NCBI GenBank assembly: GCA_040256005.1
Contig: JBDZWC010000060.1
Coordinates: forward strand, 1-17,415
Reading direction: 5' to 3'
Origin: Deinococcaceae bacterium
GTDB taxonomy: Bacteria; Deinococcota; Deinococci; Deinococcales; Trueperaceae
Length of the DNA stretch: 17,415 nt
Below, one piece after another: positions 1 to 10,035 of this stretch (position 1 is its first letter; each line of letters opens with the position of its first letter). Below the pieces are notes generated by a model that saw only the letters and a list, made by a program, of their open reading frames with translations, was not told the DNA's origin and did not search any database. The position numbers and the translations under genes are program-made.

Positions 1-1067
1 CTGACGATGCTGCTGGTCGTGTGCGGCGCCGCGTGTATGACCTTGCCCCCGGCGTCCTGATGTTGGCCGTCGGTGGCGAAGGCGATCGAGAGGATCTCGC
101 CGTGGGCGTACTCGCCCACCAGGAAGGTGCTGGGGTACTTCATCGTGACCTTCGAGCCGAGGTTGCCGTCGAGCCAGCCCATCGAGGCGTGGGCGTGCAC
201 CATGGCGCGCTGGGTGACCAGGTTGTAGACGTTGTGGGACCAGTTCTGGATCGTCGAGTACCTGACGTTGGAACCCTCCTCGCACACGATCTCGATGACA
301 CCAGAGTGGAAGGAGTTGCTCGTGTACGCCGGAGCGGTGCAGCCCTCGATGTAGTGGAACTTCGAACCGGGCGCTCCGATGATCAGGGTGCGCTCGAACT
401 GCCCTATGTTCTGCGCGTTAAGCAGGAAGTACGCCTGCAGCGGCACTCCCACCTCGACGCCCTCGGGGACGTAAACGAACGAGCCGCCGGACCACACGGC
501 CGAGTTGACGGCGGCGAAGTAGTTGTCCTCGGGCGGTATGACGGTGGAGAAGTACTCCTTGAAGAGCTCCGGGTGCTCCTTGAGACCCGTGTCGGTGTCC
601 AGGAAGATGACGCCCAGCTTCTCCCACTCGTCCTTGAGCTTGTGATAGACCATCTCGGACTCGAACTGCGCACCCACGCCTGCCAGGGCGCGCTGCTCCG
701 CCTCGGGCACGCCGAGGCGCTGGTAGGTCTGGCGCACCTCCTCGGGGATCTCTTCCCACGAGTCGACGGTGCCCTGCTTCTCGTTGGGCCGGACGTAGAA
801 GTAGATGTCGTCGAAGTTCAGGTCACTGAGGTCGGGGCCCCATTTCGGACGACCCTTCTTCTCGGCTATCTCCAGGGCGCGGAGGCGGAACTTCAGCATC
901 CACTCCGGCTCGCCCTTGAAGTAGCTGATCTTCTCTACGACCTCTTTGGTGAGGCCCTTGCCGGACTTGTAGAAGTAGTCCTCGGCGAGCCGGAAGTCGT
1001 ACTGCTTGGTGTGCTGCATCCCCTCCAGCTTGGCCGCGTCGGGGTTGATCGCGTTGAGCTCAGACAT
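1..1067 (-). CDS. sufB: Fe-S cluster assembly scaffold SufB (partial; runs off the left edge)
   Basis: Not in the ORF track. Manual translation from the ATG at 1067 (SD GGAGGG) gives MSELNAINPDAAKLEG...EPEWMLKFRLRAL...LAGVGAQFESE...NSAVWSGGSFVYVP...GQFERTLII...HYIEGCTAP...YSTIQNWS...DGNLGSKVTMKYP, which are typical SufB motifs. It lies directly downstream of sufC. Confidence 0.97.
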   Translation of the reverse strand, partial: MSELNAINPDAAKLEGMQHTKQYDFRLAEDYFYKSGKGLTKEVVEKISYFKGEPEWMLKFRLRALEIAEKKGRPKWGPDLSDLNFDDIYFYVRPNEKQGTVDSWEEIPEEVRQTYQRLGVPEAEQRALAGVGAQFESEMVYHKLKDEWEKLGVIFLDTDTGLKEHPELFKEYFSTVIPPEDNYFAAVNSAVWSGGSFVYVPEGVEVGVPLQAYFLLNAQNIGQFERTLIIGAPGSKFHYIEGCTAPAYTSNSFHSGVIEIVCEEGSNVRYSTIQNWSHNVYNLVTQRAMVHAHASMGWLDGNLGSKVTMKYPSTFLVGEYAHGEILSIAFATDGQHQDAGGKVIHAAPHTTSSIV

Positions 1068-1118
1068 GCTGCCCTCCTGGGCCTACGCGCGCCCTGCGGG
1101 GCGCGATGGTCGCGTTCG

Positions 1119-1898
1119 TCACTGGGCGGCCGGCGCCGAGGCCACGGACTCCTGGCGCACCCAGTCGTAGCCCTTCTGGTCGAGCTCCATGGCGAGCTCC
1201 TTGGGACCGCTGGTGATGACGCGCCCACCAACCATCACGTGGACCCGGTCGGGGATGATGTAGTTGAGCAGGCGCTGGTAGTGCGTGATGACGAGGCACC
1301 CGAAGTCGGGACCGCGCGCAGCGTTGACGCCCTGGGACACGACCTTGAGGGCGTCAACGTCGAGGCCGGAGTCGGTCTCGTCGAGGATCGCGTACCGGGG
1401 CTCGAGCACCAGGAGCTGCAGGATCTCGGAGCGCTTCTTCTCACCGCCGGAGAAGCCCTCGTGGAGGTTGCGCTCGAGGATGGACTCGTCCCAGTTGAGG
1501 TTCTTCACCGCGCTCTGCAGCTTGCCGTAGAACTCCATGACGCCTATCTCGTCGCCCTCCTCGCGCCTGGCGTTGAGCGCCAGACGAAGGAAGTTCGCGA
1601 TCGAGACACCGGGCACCTCGACGGGGTACTGGAAGGCCAGGTAGAGGCCCTCGCGGGCGCGCTCGTCGGGCTCCATCTCGAGGATCGACTGGCCCTCGAG
1701 GAGGATGTCGCCGCCCGTCACCTCGTACTGCGGGTCGCCGGCGATGATCTTCGCGAGCGTCGACTTGCCCGAGCCGTTGGGCCCCATGAGCGCGTGCACC
1801 TCGCCGCGCGGCACCACCAGATCCACGCCCTTGAGGATCTCGTCGCCGCCCACTATGCGGGCGTGGAGGTCACGGATCTCTAGGTTCTTGTCGTTCAT
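1119..1898 (-). CDS. sufC: Fe-S cluster assembly ATPase SufC
   Basis: Walker [22 protein letters not shown], signature GFSGGEKKR, Walker [15 protein letters not shown] and [15 protein letters not shown] upstream. Confidence 0.98.
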   Translation of the reverse strand: MNDKNLEIRDLHARIVGGDEILKGVDLVVPRGEVHALMGPNGSGKSTLAKIIAGDPQYEVTGGDILLEGQSILEMEPDERAREGLYLAFQYPVEVPGVSIANFLRLALNARREEGDEIGVMEFYGKLQSAVKNLNWDESILERNLHEGFSGGEKKRSEILQLLVLEPRYAILDETDSGLDVDALKVVSQGVNAARGPDFGCLVITHYQRLLNYIIPDRVHVMVGGRVITSGPKELAMELDQKGYDWVRQESVASAPAAQ

Positions 1899-1953
1899 AT
1901 GGCTGCACCTCGCCTGGGATGTCGTCGGTCCAAGGCCACCTCTTACGGCGCCC

Positions 1954-1983
1954 GTAACTAGGACTCGTTCCGATTACAGTATA
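1954..1983 (-). promoter_or_regulatory. Putative suf promoter -10 (TATACT, 1978-1983) with an adjacent 24-bp imperfect palindrome (1954-1977), a candidate operator
   Basis: The minus strand reads TATACT-GTAATCGGAACGAGTCCTAGTTAC. The GTAA...TTAC dyad covers the expected +1 region. Confidence 0.55.
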
Positions 1984-2052
1984 GCCCGCGTTCAATCCCG
2001 AGCGCTGCGCTCGGAGATGCGTGGCCGGCACGCAGCGTATCGCGTAGACGGG

Positions 2053-3060
2053 TCAGTCGCGGTTGCGGCGCAGCCAGCCGAATAGACCGCGCGGCCGGTC
2101 CTGACGGCCGCGTTCCTCGCCCTTCTCGCGATCTCCGCCGTCGCGCCCCGGGCGGTCGTCGCGAGCGTCACCGACGGCGCTGGTCCGTTGCCGACTGGCC
2201 CGACCGGTCGTGGGCTCCTCGCTGGTCTGCGTGACCTCGAGAGGCACGCCGATCACGCCGGCCCACGCCTGCACGAACTCCTTCGCGCTGGCGTAGCGCT
2301 TCTCCGGGTCCCGCGCCATGGCCTTGGCCACGATGCGCTTGATCCGCGGGTCCAGGTCGGGGCGGTGCGCCATGAGGTCCTTGGGCACGTCCGTGTGATG
2401 CGCGATCATCAGCGCCTCGAACGTGTCCGCGACGAACGGCCTCGCTCCGGCGATCACCTCGTACGCCAGCACACCCAGGCTGTAGATGTCCGAGCGCACG
2501 CCCGCTGCCTTGCCCTCGAACACCTCCGGGGCCATGTAGAAGGCCGTGCCCACGCGCTCCTCGCTGTCCTCGCCCATGAACACGCCGGTGCCGAAGTCGC
2601 CCAGCTTGGCCGTGCCTTCCTTCGTGAGGAACACGTTGGCCGGCTTGACGTCCCTGTGTATGACCGAGCGCTCGTGCGTGTGCGCCAGCCCACGCGCCAC
2701 GTCGAGCACGAGGCGGTAAGACTGCTCTAGCGGCAGCTTGCCCTTCTCGAGCAGCAACAGGTCCAAGGTCCCGCCGGCGCAGTACTCCAGCGCGAGGAAC
2801 GCACCGCTGCCGGTGGGGTAGCCGTCGAACGCAGCCACGATCATGGGGTGCGCCAGCTTGACGGTGATGGAGACCTCGTTCTCGAACATCCGCCTGAGCA
2901 CCGGCTGCTCCTGCAGCTCCGCCCTGGGCAGCTTGAGCGCCACGTCGCCGAACACACGATGCTTGGCCAGGTAGACGTGCGACGTCTGACCGGAGCCCAG
3001 CTTGTGTAGGACGGTGTAGCCGGCCGGCACGAAGGCCGGGGCTTCTGGATCCGAACGCAA
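2053..3060 (-). CDS. Hanks-type serine/threonine protein kinase, with no TM or PASTA domain
   Basis: Motifs GSGQTSHVY, VALK, alphaC Glu (FENE), HRDVKPAN, DFG, GTAFYMAPE and DIYSLG. Start reassigned from 3108 to the in-frame TTG at 3060, which follows the SD GGGAGG. Confidence 0.93.
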   Translation of the reverse strand: MRSDPEAPAFVPAGYTVLHKLGSGQTSHVYLAKHRVFGDVALKLPRAELQEQPVLRRMFENEVSITVKLAHPMIVAAFDGYPTGSGAFLALEYCAGGTLDLLLLEKGKLPLEQSYRLVLDVARGLAHTHERSVIHRDVKPANVFLTKEGTAKLGDFGTGVFMGEDSEERVGTAFYMAPEVFEGKAAGVRSDIYSLGVLAYEVIAGARPFVADTFEALMIAHHTDVPKDLMAHRPDLDPRIKRIVAKAMARDPEKRYASAKEFVQAWAGVIGVPLEVTQTSEEPTTGRASRQRTSAVGDARDDRPGRDGGDREKGEERGRQDRPRGLFGWLRRNRD

Positions 3061-3135
3061 TGACCCTCCCACGAGCCGCGCGGCCGCTCCCAACCCAAGT
3101 GGCCGCACCGGTGTCCGGATGGACGCTCGCCCTTC

Positions 3136-3141
3136 AGTCTA
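3136..3141 (-). promoter_or_regulatory. Putative -10 element (TAGACT) for the kinase gene
   Basis: TAnnnT hexamer in the intergenic gap about 75 nt upstream of the TTG start. Confidence 0.4.
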
Positions 3142-3158
3142 GTACGAAGGTCGCCGCC

Positions 3159-3860
3159 CTAACCCGTTACGAGGGTCGAGTCGCCCGGCTGCATCACCAG
3201 ACACGTGACGCCGGCGCGGCTCTCCACCGACGCCTTGAAGGCCGAGGCGTCCTGCACGAGGACTGGGAACGTGGCGTAGTGGATGGGCACGACCACCTTG
3301 GGGCGCAGCAACAGCGTGGCCTCGACGGCGTCCTCCGGACCCATCGTGAAGTTGTCGCCGATGGGCAGGAGCGCCAGGTCGATACCGCGGTCCCCGATGC
3401 GCGCCATGTCGGAGAACAACGCCGTGTCGCCCGCGTGGTACACGCTCACGCCTTCCGTTTCGAACACGACGCCCATGGGCATGCCGGCGTAGGTGCCGTC
3501 TGGGAACGAGTTCGAGTGCCATGCCGGGGTGAAGCGCACCCTGCCCTGAGGGAACGCATGACTGCCGCCCACGTTCATGCCGTGCGACTTGAGGCCCTTC
3601 GTGGCGGCGTACCGCGCCATCTCCGCGCTGCCCACGACCGTCGCCCCAGTGCGCTTCGCGATGACCTCGGTGTCGCCCCAGTGATCGCCGTGCGCGTGAG
3701 TGAGGACGATAAGGTCGGGGTCCAGCTCACCTGCAGCGCGCGCTGCGCGCGGGTTGCCGGTCAGGAACGGGTCGAAGAGAACGGTGCCGCCCGAGACCTC
3801 GAGGAGTACCGCGGAGTGACCCAGGTAAGTGAGCCGTACCCCCGCGCCGTCGCCGCTCAG
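3159..3860 (-). CDS. Metal-dependent hydrolase, metallo-beta-lactamase fold (UPF0173/YtkL-like); probable CTG start
   Basis: The frame extends 75 codons upstream of the ORF-track GTG: (L)SGDGAGVRLTYLGHSAVLLE...LFDPFLTGNP...LIVLTHAHGDHWGD (HxHxDH). Further motifs are AWHS, YHAGDT, LLPIGDNFTMGP and VPIHY. The extension contains no ATG, GTG or TTG; the CTG at 3860-3858 overlaps the upstream stop. Confidence 0.9.
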   Translation of the reverse strand: MSGDGAGVRLTYLGHSAVLLEVSGGTVLFDPFLTGNPRAARAAGELDPDLIVLTHAHGDHWGDTEVIAKRTGATVVGSAEMARYAATKGLKSHGMNVGGSHAFPQGRVRFTPAWHSNSFPDGTYAGMPMGVVFETEGVSVYHAGDTALFSDMARIGDRGIDLALLPIGDNFTMGPEDAVEATLLLRPKVVVPIHYATFPVLVQDASAFKASVESRAGVTCLVMQPGDSTLVTG

Positions 3861-4210
3861 CGGAACTCCACCAGCGCCAGGTAGTACAGCACGGTACCGA
3901 TCACGGGCAGAGCGGCCACGCCGGCAGCCTCTTTGTAACGCTTGAGCCCGAGGAACAGCACCCCGGCGAGCAGGAAGCAGCCGACCAGGATGAACGGGTA
4001 GGCGTCGTAGAGGATGCCCCAGAGGCCGGGCGTCGGTATCTGGGTGATGGCGCCCCCGTTGCCGGTGTGTCTCAGGATGCGGCCCATCGTCCAGAACAGG
4101 AGGATGGCGCCGCCGCCGATGACACCGAAGATGATGCCGAACAGGCTCAGGACCCGTTCGTTGTCGACGACGTTCGAGCTCTCTGGGTGGTTGGCGCTGG
4201 CGGTGTACAT
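3857..4210 (-). CDS. Small hypothetical membrane protein (117 aa, about 3 TM segments)
   Basis: ATG with SD GGAGG, three hydrophobic stretches, GC3-rich codons, and a stop that overlaps the start of the hydrolase. Confidence 0.8.
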   Translation of the reverse strand: MYTASANHPESSNVVDNERVLSLFGIIFGVIGGGAILLFWTMGRILRHTGNGGAITQIPTPGLWGILYDAYPFILVGCFLLAGVLFLGLKRYKEAAGVAALPVIGTVLYYLALVEFR

Positions 4211-4299
4211 CTCGGGTCCTCCACGCTGACGATCGGCTGGCGCTGCGCCGCCGCTGCCGCCTTCGAGCAGCGACTGGGGCGGGTGACTTCGCTACGCCC

Positions 4300-4333
4300 A
4301 GCTTACCAGTCCCTCGGGGCGCTCTGTTACACT
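4300..4333. promoter_or_regulatory. Divergent promoters: -10 TAAGCT on minus (4300-4305) and extended -10 TGnTACACT on plus (4325-4333, for uvrA)
   Basis: Two oppositely oriented TAnnnT hexamers in the divergent intergenic region. Confidence 0.5.
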
Positions 4334-4466
4334 GTCACGTTGCCCCGGCAGCGCCTCCCAGACGGTGCGGCCCCGGCGCGAAGGCGGCGGCCGTGAGCCT
4401 GGCCGACGCCGGCGAGTTATCCCGTCTCTGCTCGACTCGGTCCCCTGGGGGCCGCTAGGAGGAGCG

Positions 4467-7367
<2,901 letters not shown>

Positions 7368-7413
7368 GGTCGTGCACCGCACCCGCCGCCGCGCCCGTAG
7401 TTACGATGACCGC

Positions 7414-7452
7414 ATGCCAAGCAGCCTGATGAGACGGCGGGGCCGCGGGTGA
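7414..7452 (+). CDS. Putative leaderless uORF (MPSSLMRRRGRG)
   Basis: TACGAT (7402-7407) lies 6 nt before ATG 7414. Its TGA (7450-7452) overlaps the GTG (7449-7451) of the next ORF. Confidence 0.35.
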   Translation: MPSSLMRRRGRG

Positions 7453-7946
7453 TCCGCGCCGCCCCCATGCCGCAGAGGCTCTTCATCGGCCTGTTCCTGT
7501 TCCTGGCCGCCGTCGTGTTCGCGGTGGCGCCGCTCCCGCCCGTCTACCGGAGCGTAGGCATAGTGCTGTGCGCTTACCTGGCCTTCGCCGGCGCGGGCAT
7601 GCCGGCGGCGTACCTCACCGCGTTGATCGCGCCGCCGCTCGGGCTCATACAGGGCACGGGCGACTGGCTCATCATGCTGCCTATCGTGCTCGCCGGGAAC
7701 CTGCTCGCCATGCTCGGGCTCGAGTACGCCTGGCGGTTGCCTGCCGTCGTCGTCTCCCCTCTGCTACTCGTGGTTCCGGCCTTCGTCACCTGGCAGCTCT
7801 CGCAGAAGGAGCTGTTCGAGGTCGCCCTGCCCTGGTCGGTCGAGGAACGCACCTGGGTCCTGCTGCATCTGCTGGTAGGCGTCGCCGGCGTCCTCGTGGC
7901 GCTGTTCGTAGACAGGCGCCGGACCGCAGCGTCCACGAGCGGCTGA
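7449..7946 (+). CDS. Integral membrane protein (about 5 TM), possibly ECF S-component-like; alternative start ATG 7467
   Basis: Highly hydrophobic 165-aa ORF. From memory, the segment ALIAPPLGLIQG...MLPIVLAGNLL resembles a motif in some ECF S components; this is unverified. Confidence 0.75.
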   Translation: MIRAAPMPQRLFIGLFLFLAAVVFAVAPLPPVYRSVGIVLCAYLAFAGAGMPAAYLTALIAPPLGLIQGTGDWLIMLPIVLAGNLLAMLGLEYAWRLPAVVVSPLLLVVPAFVTWQLSQKELFEVALPWSVEERTWVLLHLLVGVAGVLVALFVDRRRTAASTSG

Positions 7947-7949
7947 GCC

Positions 7950-8885
7950 GTGGGTGGCCCCGGCGCCTGGCTCGGCGGGCGGCCACGGGCGTCGTGGGAC
8001 TTCCTCAAGCGTGTCTACCGACGATACGAGGAGTCGCGGCTGCAGATGCTCGCCGCCTCCCTCGCCTACTACGGCGCGTTCTCATTAGGCCCTCTGCTGC
8101 TGTTGCTGGCCGGCTGGCTCGCCGTCTTCCTGCGCCGCAGGCCCGAGCTGCTCGCTCAGTACCGCGAGGCGCTCGTGAGCCTGCTGGCGGAGGCGCTGCC
8201 CATCCAGGTCGACGCCGAGTCGCTGGTGGCCAACAGCTTCGACATCGTCGTGAACGACCTCGGCCGCGGCGCGATCATCGGCTCGATCGTCTCGGTCGCC
8301 GTGCTGCTCTGGGCCAGCGGCAACTTCTTCATGTCGCTGCAGCACGCGCTCGAGGTCGTGTTCGAGGTCAGCGAGAGGCGGGGCTTCTGGCGCAAGCGCC
8401 TGGTCTCGTTCCTGCTGGTCGCGTGCGTCGCCCTGGTCGTGGTGGTCGAGATCATCGGCGGCGCGGCCGTCACCGCCTTCACGCAGGTCACAGAACGTCT
8501 CGGGGCGTGGCTGGGCACCGACCTGTCGCTCGGCTCCCTGGGGCCGCTGTTCGGCCTCGGCCTGGTGCGCCTGGCGGCCACGGTGGTCGGCCTCACGCTG
8601 GCCTTCAGGTACCTGCCGCGCCATGGCAGCACCTGGCTCGGCGCCCTGGCGGGCGCCGTCGTCGCGGCCCTCGGAGTGGGTGTCACCCGCTCGGTGCTGC
8701 TCGTCACGTTCAACCCGGAACGCTTCAACGTCGTTTACGGGGTGATCACCGGCCTGCTGGCCGTGCTGCTGTGGCTCTACCTGGCCCTGCTGATAATCCT
8801 GGTGGGCGCCGCGGTCGCCGCCGAGATGGCCGCCACGACCCGCGCCCGCCCGAGCGCGCCCGGACCCGCCGCGGAGCCCGGCTGA
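7950..8885 (+). CDS. YihY/virulence factor BrkB family membrane protein
   Basis: Motifs AASLAYYGAFSLGPLLL, LLWASG...ALEVVF, ERRGFWRKRL, FRYLP and YG...LLWLYL...ILVGA. Confidence 0.92.
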   Translation: MGGPGAWLGGRPRASWDFLKRVYRRYEESRLQMLAASLAYYGAFSLGPLLLLLAGWLAVFLRRRPELLAQYREALVSLLAEALPIQVDAESLVANSFDIVVNDLGRGAIIGSIVSVAVLLWASGNFFMSLQHALEVVFEVSERRGFWRKRLVSFLLVACVALVVVVEIIGGAAVTAFTQVTERLGAWLGTDLSLGSLGPLFGLGLVRLAATVVGLTLAFRYLPRHGSTWLGALAGAVVAALGVGVTRSVLLVTFNPERFNVVYGVITGLLAVLLWLYLALLIILVGAAVAAEMAATTRARPSAPGPAAEPG

Positions 8886-8915
8886 GCACCTGCCGAAGCA
8901 GGGGCCCTGGGTAGG

Positions 8916-9527
8916 ATGGCGCACGTGACGCTACTCGAGCGCGTGCTCTCCCCCAGGTGGGTCCAGCGCGTCGCCATCGTCGTGTTCGGGGCCTACGCGC
9001 GGGCGTTCAAGGGCCTGCGCGTGGCTGGCGCCGACAAGGTCCCGCTCGAGGGGCCCCTGGTCGTAGCTTGCAACCACTTCAGCGCGTGGGACCCCCCGGT
9101 CGTAGGCGTGGCCATCCCCCGCCCGCTCGACTTCATGGCCAAGACCGAGCTCTTCGCGAAGCCGTTACAGGCGGCCTTCATGCGCGGACTGGGTGCGTTC
9201 CCCGTCGACCGCAGCCGCGGCGACGTAGGCGCGATCAAGGAGGCGCTGAGGCGCCTGAAGCGGGGCCGGGCTATCGGGGTGTTCATCGAGGGCACCCGCA
9301 ACGCGGGCGACGCCGAGGCGCTCGACGGGGCCGCCTACCTGGCGATCGCTGCCGGGGCACCCATGACACCAGCTGCCGTCTGGCGCGATGGGAACTCGTT
9401 CCGCGTCGCGTTCGGCGAGCCCATCCAACCGAGCGGGCGTGGGCGGGAAGCCGCCTCCGCGCTGACGGCCCTGACGGCGGCCCGCATCCGCGAACTACTG
9501 CCTCAGAACGCTCAGAACGCCGTCTGA
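8916..9527 (+). CDS. plsC: 1-acyl-sn-glycerol-3-phosphate (lysophospholipid) acyltransferase; possible leaderless GTG start at 8925
   Basis: NHFSAWD (HX4D), FMAKTELF, GAFPVDR and FIEGTR. Confidence 0.88.
   Translation: MAHVTLLERVLSPRWVQRVAIVVFGAYARAFKGLRVAGADKVPLEGPLVVACNHFSAWDPPVVGVAIPRPLDFMAKTELFAKPLQAAFMRGLGAFPVDRSRGDVGAIKEALRRLKRGRAIGVFIEGTRNAGDAEALDGAAYLAIAAGAPMTPAAVWRDGNSFRVAFGEPIQPSGRGREAASALTALTAARIRELLPQNAQNAV
9502..9519 (+). repeat. 9-bp tandem duplication (CTCAGAACG x2) at the 3' end of plsC
   Basis: Read directly from the sequence; it lies in the QNAQNA C-terminus. Confidence 0.8.
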
Positions 9528-9540
9528 GACTGCGATTCCT

Positions 9541-9572
9541 CACTTGCGAGGGTGCAAGTGCTCTGCTAGAGT
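9541..9572 (+). promoter_or_regulatory. Sigma-70-type promoter of hup: TTGCGA-N17-TAGAGT (extended -10), overlapped by the palindrome CACTTGC-N6-GCAAGTG
   Basis: -35 at 9544-9549, -10 at 9567-9572, TG at 9564-9565; SD GAGGAGG before ATG 9608. Confidence 0.65.
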
Positions 9573-9607
9573 GCGCCTAGCTGAGCTCGAAAACGAGGAG
9601 GATTCCG

Positions 9608-9901
9608 ATGGCGAAGGCAAAAACCGTGTCGAAGGCCGACCTGGTGAGCAGGGTAGCCGAGTCCAAGGGCCTCAGGAAGAAAGACGTCAAGGACATCATG
9701 GACGCCATGCTGGACCAGATCAGCGGCTCGCTCGACTCGGGTGCGAAGGTGCAGCTCACCGGCTTCGGCACGTTCGAGGTGCGCGAGCGCAAGTCCCGCA
9801 CGGGCGTGCGCCCCGGCACCACCCAGCGGATCAACATCCCGGCCAGCAAGTACCCGGCGTTCAAGCCCGGCAAGGGCCTCAAGGACCGCGTCCGCAGCTA
9901 G
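9608..9901 (+). CDS. hup: Histone-like DNA-binding protein HU
   Basis: KVQLTGFGTFEVRERKSRTGVRPGT...PAFKPGKGLKD, a Thermus/Deinococcus-type arm; strong SD. Confidence 0.97.
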   Translation: MAKAKTVSKADLVSRVAESKGLRKKDVKDIMDAMLDQISGSLDSGAKVQLTGFGTFEVRERKSRTGVRPGTTQRINIPASKYPAFKPGKGLKDRVRS

Positions 9902-10035
9902 AGCGACCCGCGCGTGGCCGCGCACAGCTAACCCGGAGCGAGCCGGTCCTGGCCGCCGCAGCGCCGACGATGTGGGTGCCCGGTCTCGTACGTCCGTGAC
10001 GGCGGGCCGCGCCACGCGACGCTAGACTGCCAGCC

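Noticed and set aside
320..360. SufB intein at the EGC/TAP site known from mycobacteria
   Set aside because: HYIEGCTAPAY is uninterrupted, and there is no insertion in the visible part of sufB.
21..1883. 620-aa plus-strand ORF
   Set aside because: Antisense shadow of sufB and sufC caused by high GC3; no recognisable motifs.
1943..1957. RDRM (DdrO box) upstream of suf
   Set aside because: TTACG-N5-CGTAA is 15 bp, whereas the RDRM is a 17-bp palindrome, so the spacing does not fit.
7426..7433. CTGATGAG hammerhead ribozyme core
   Set aside because: No GAAA follows the putative stem II.
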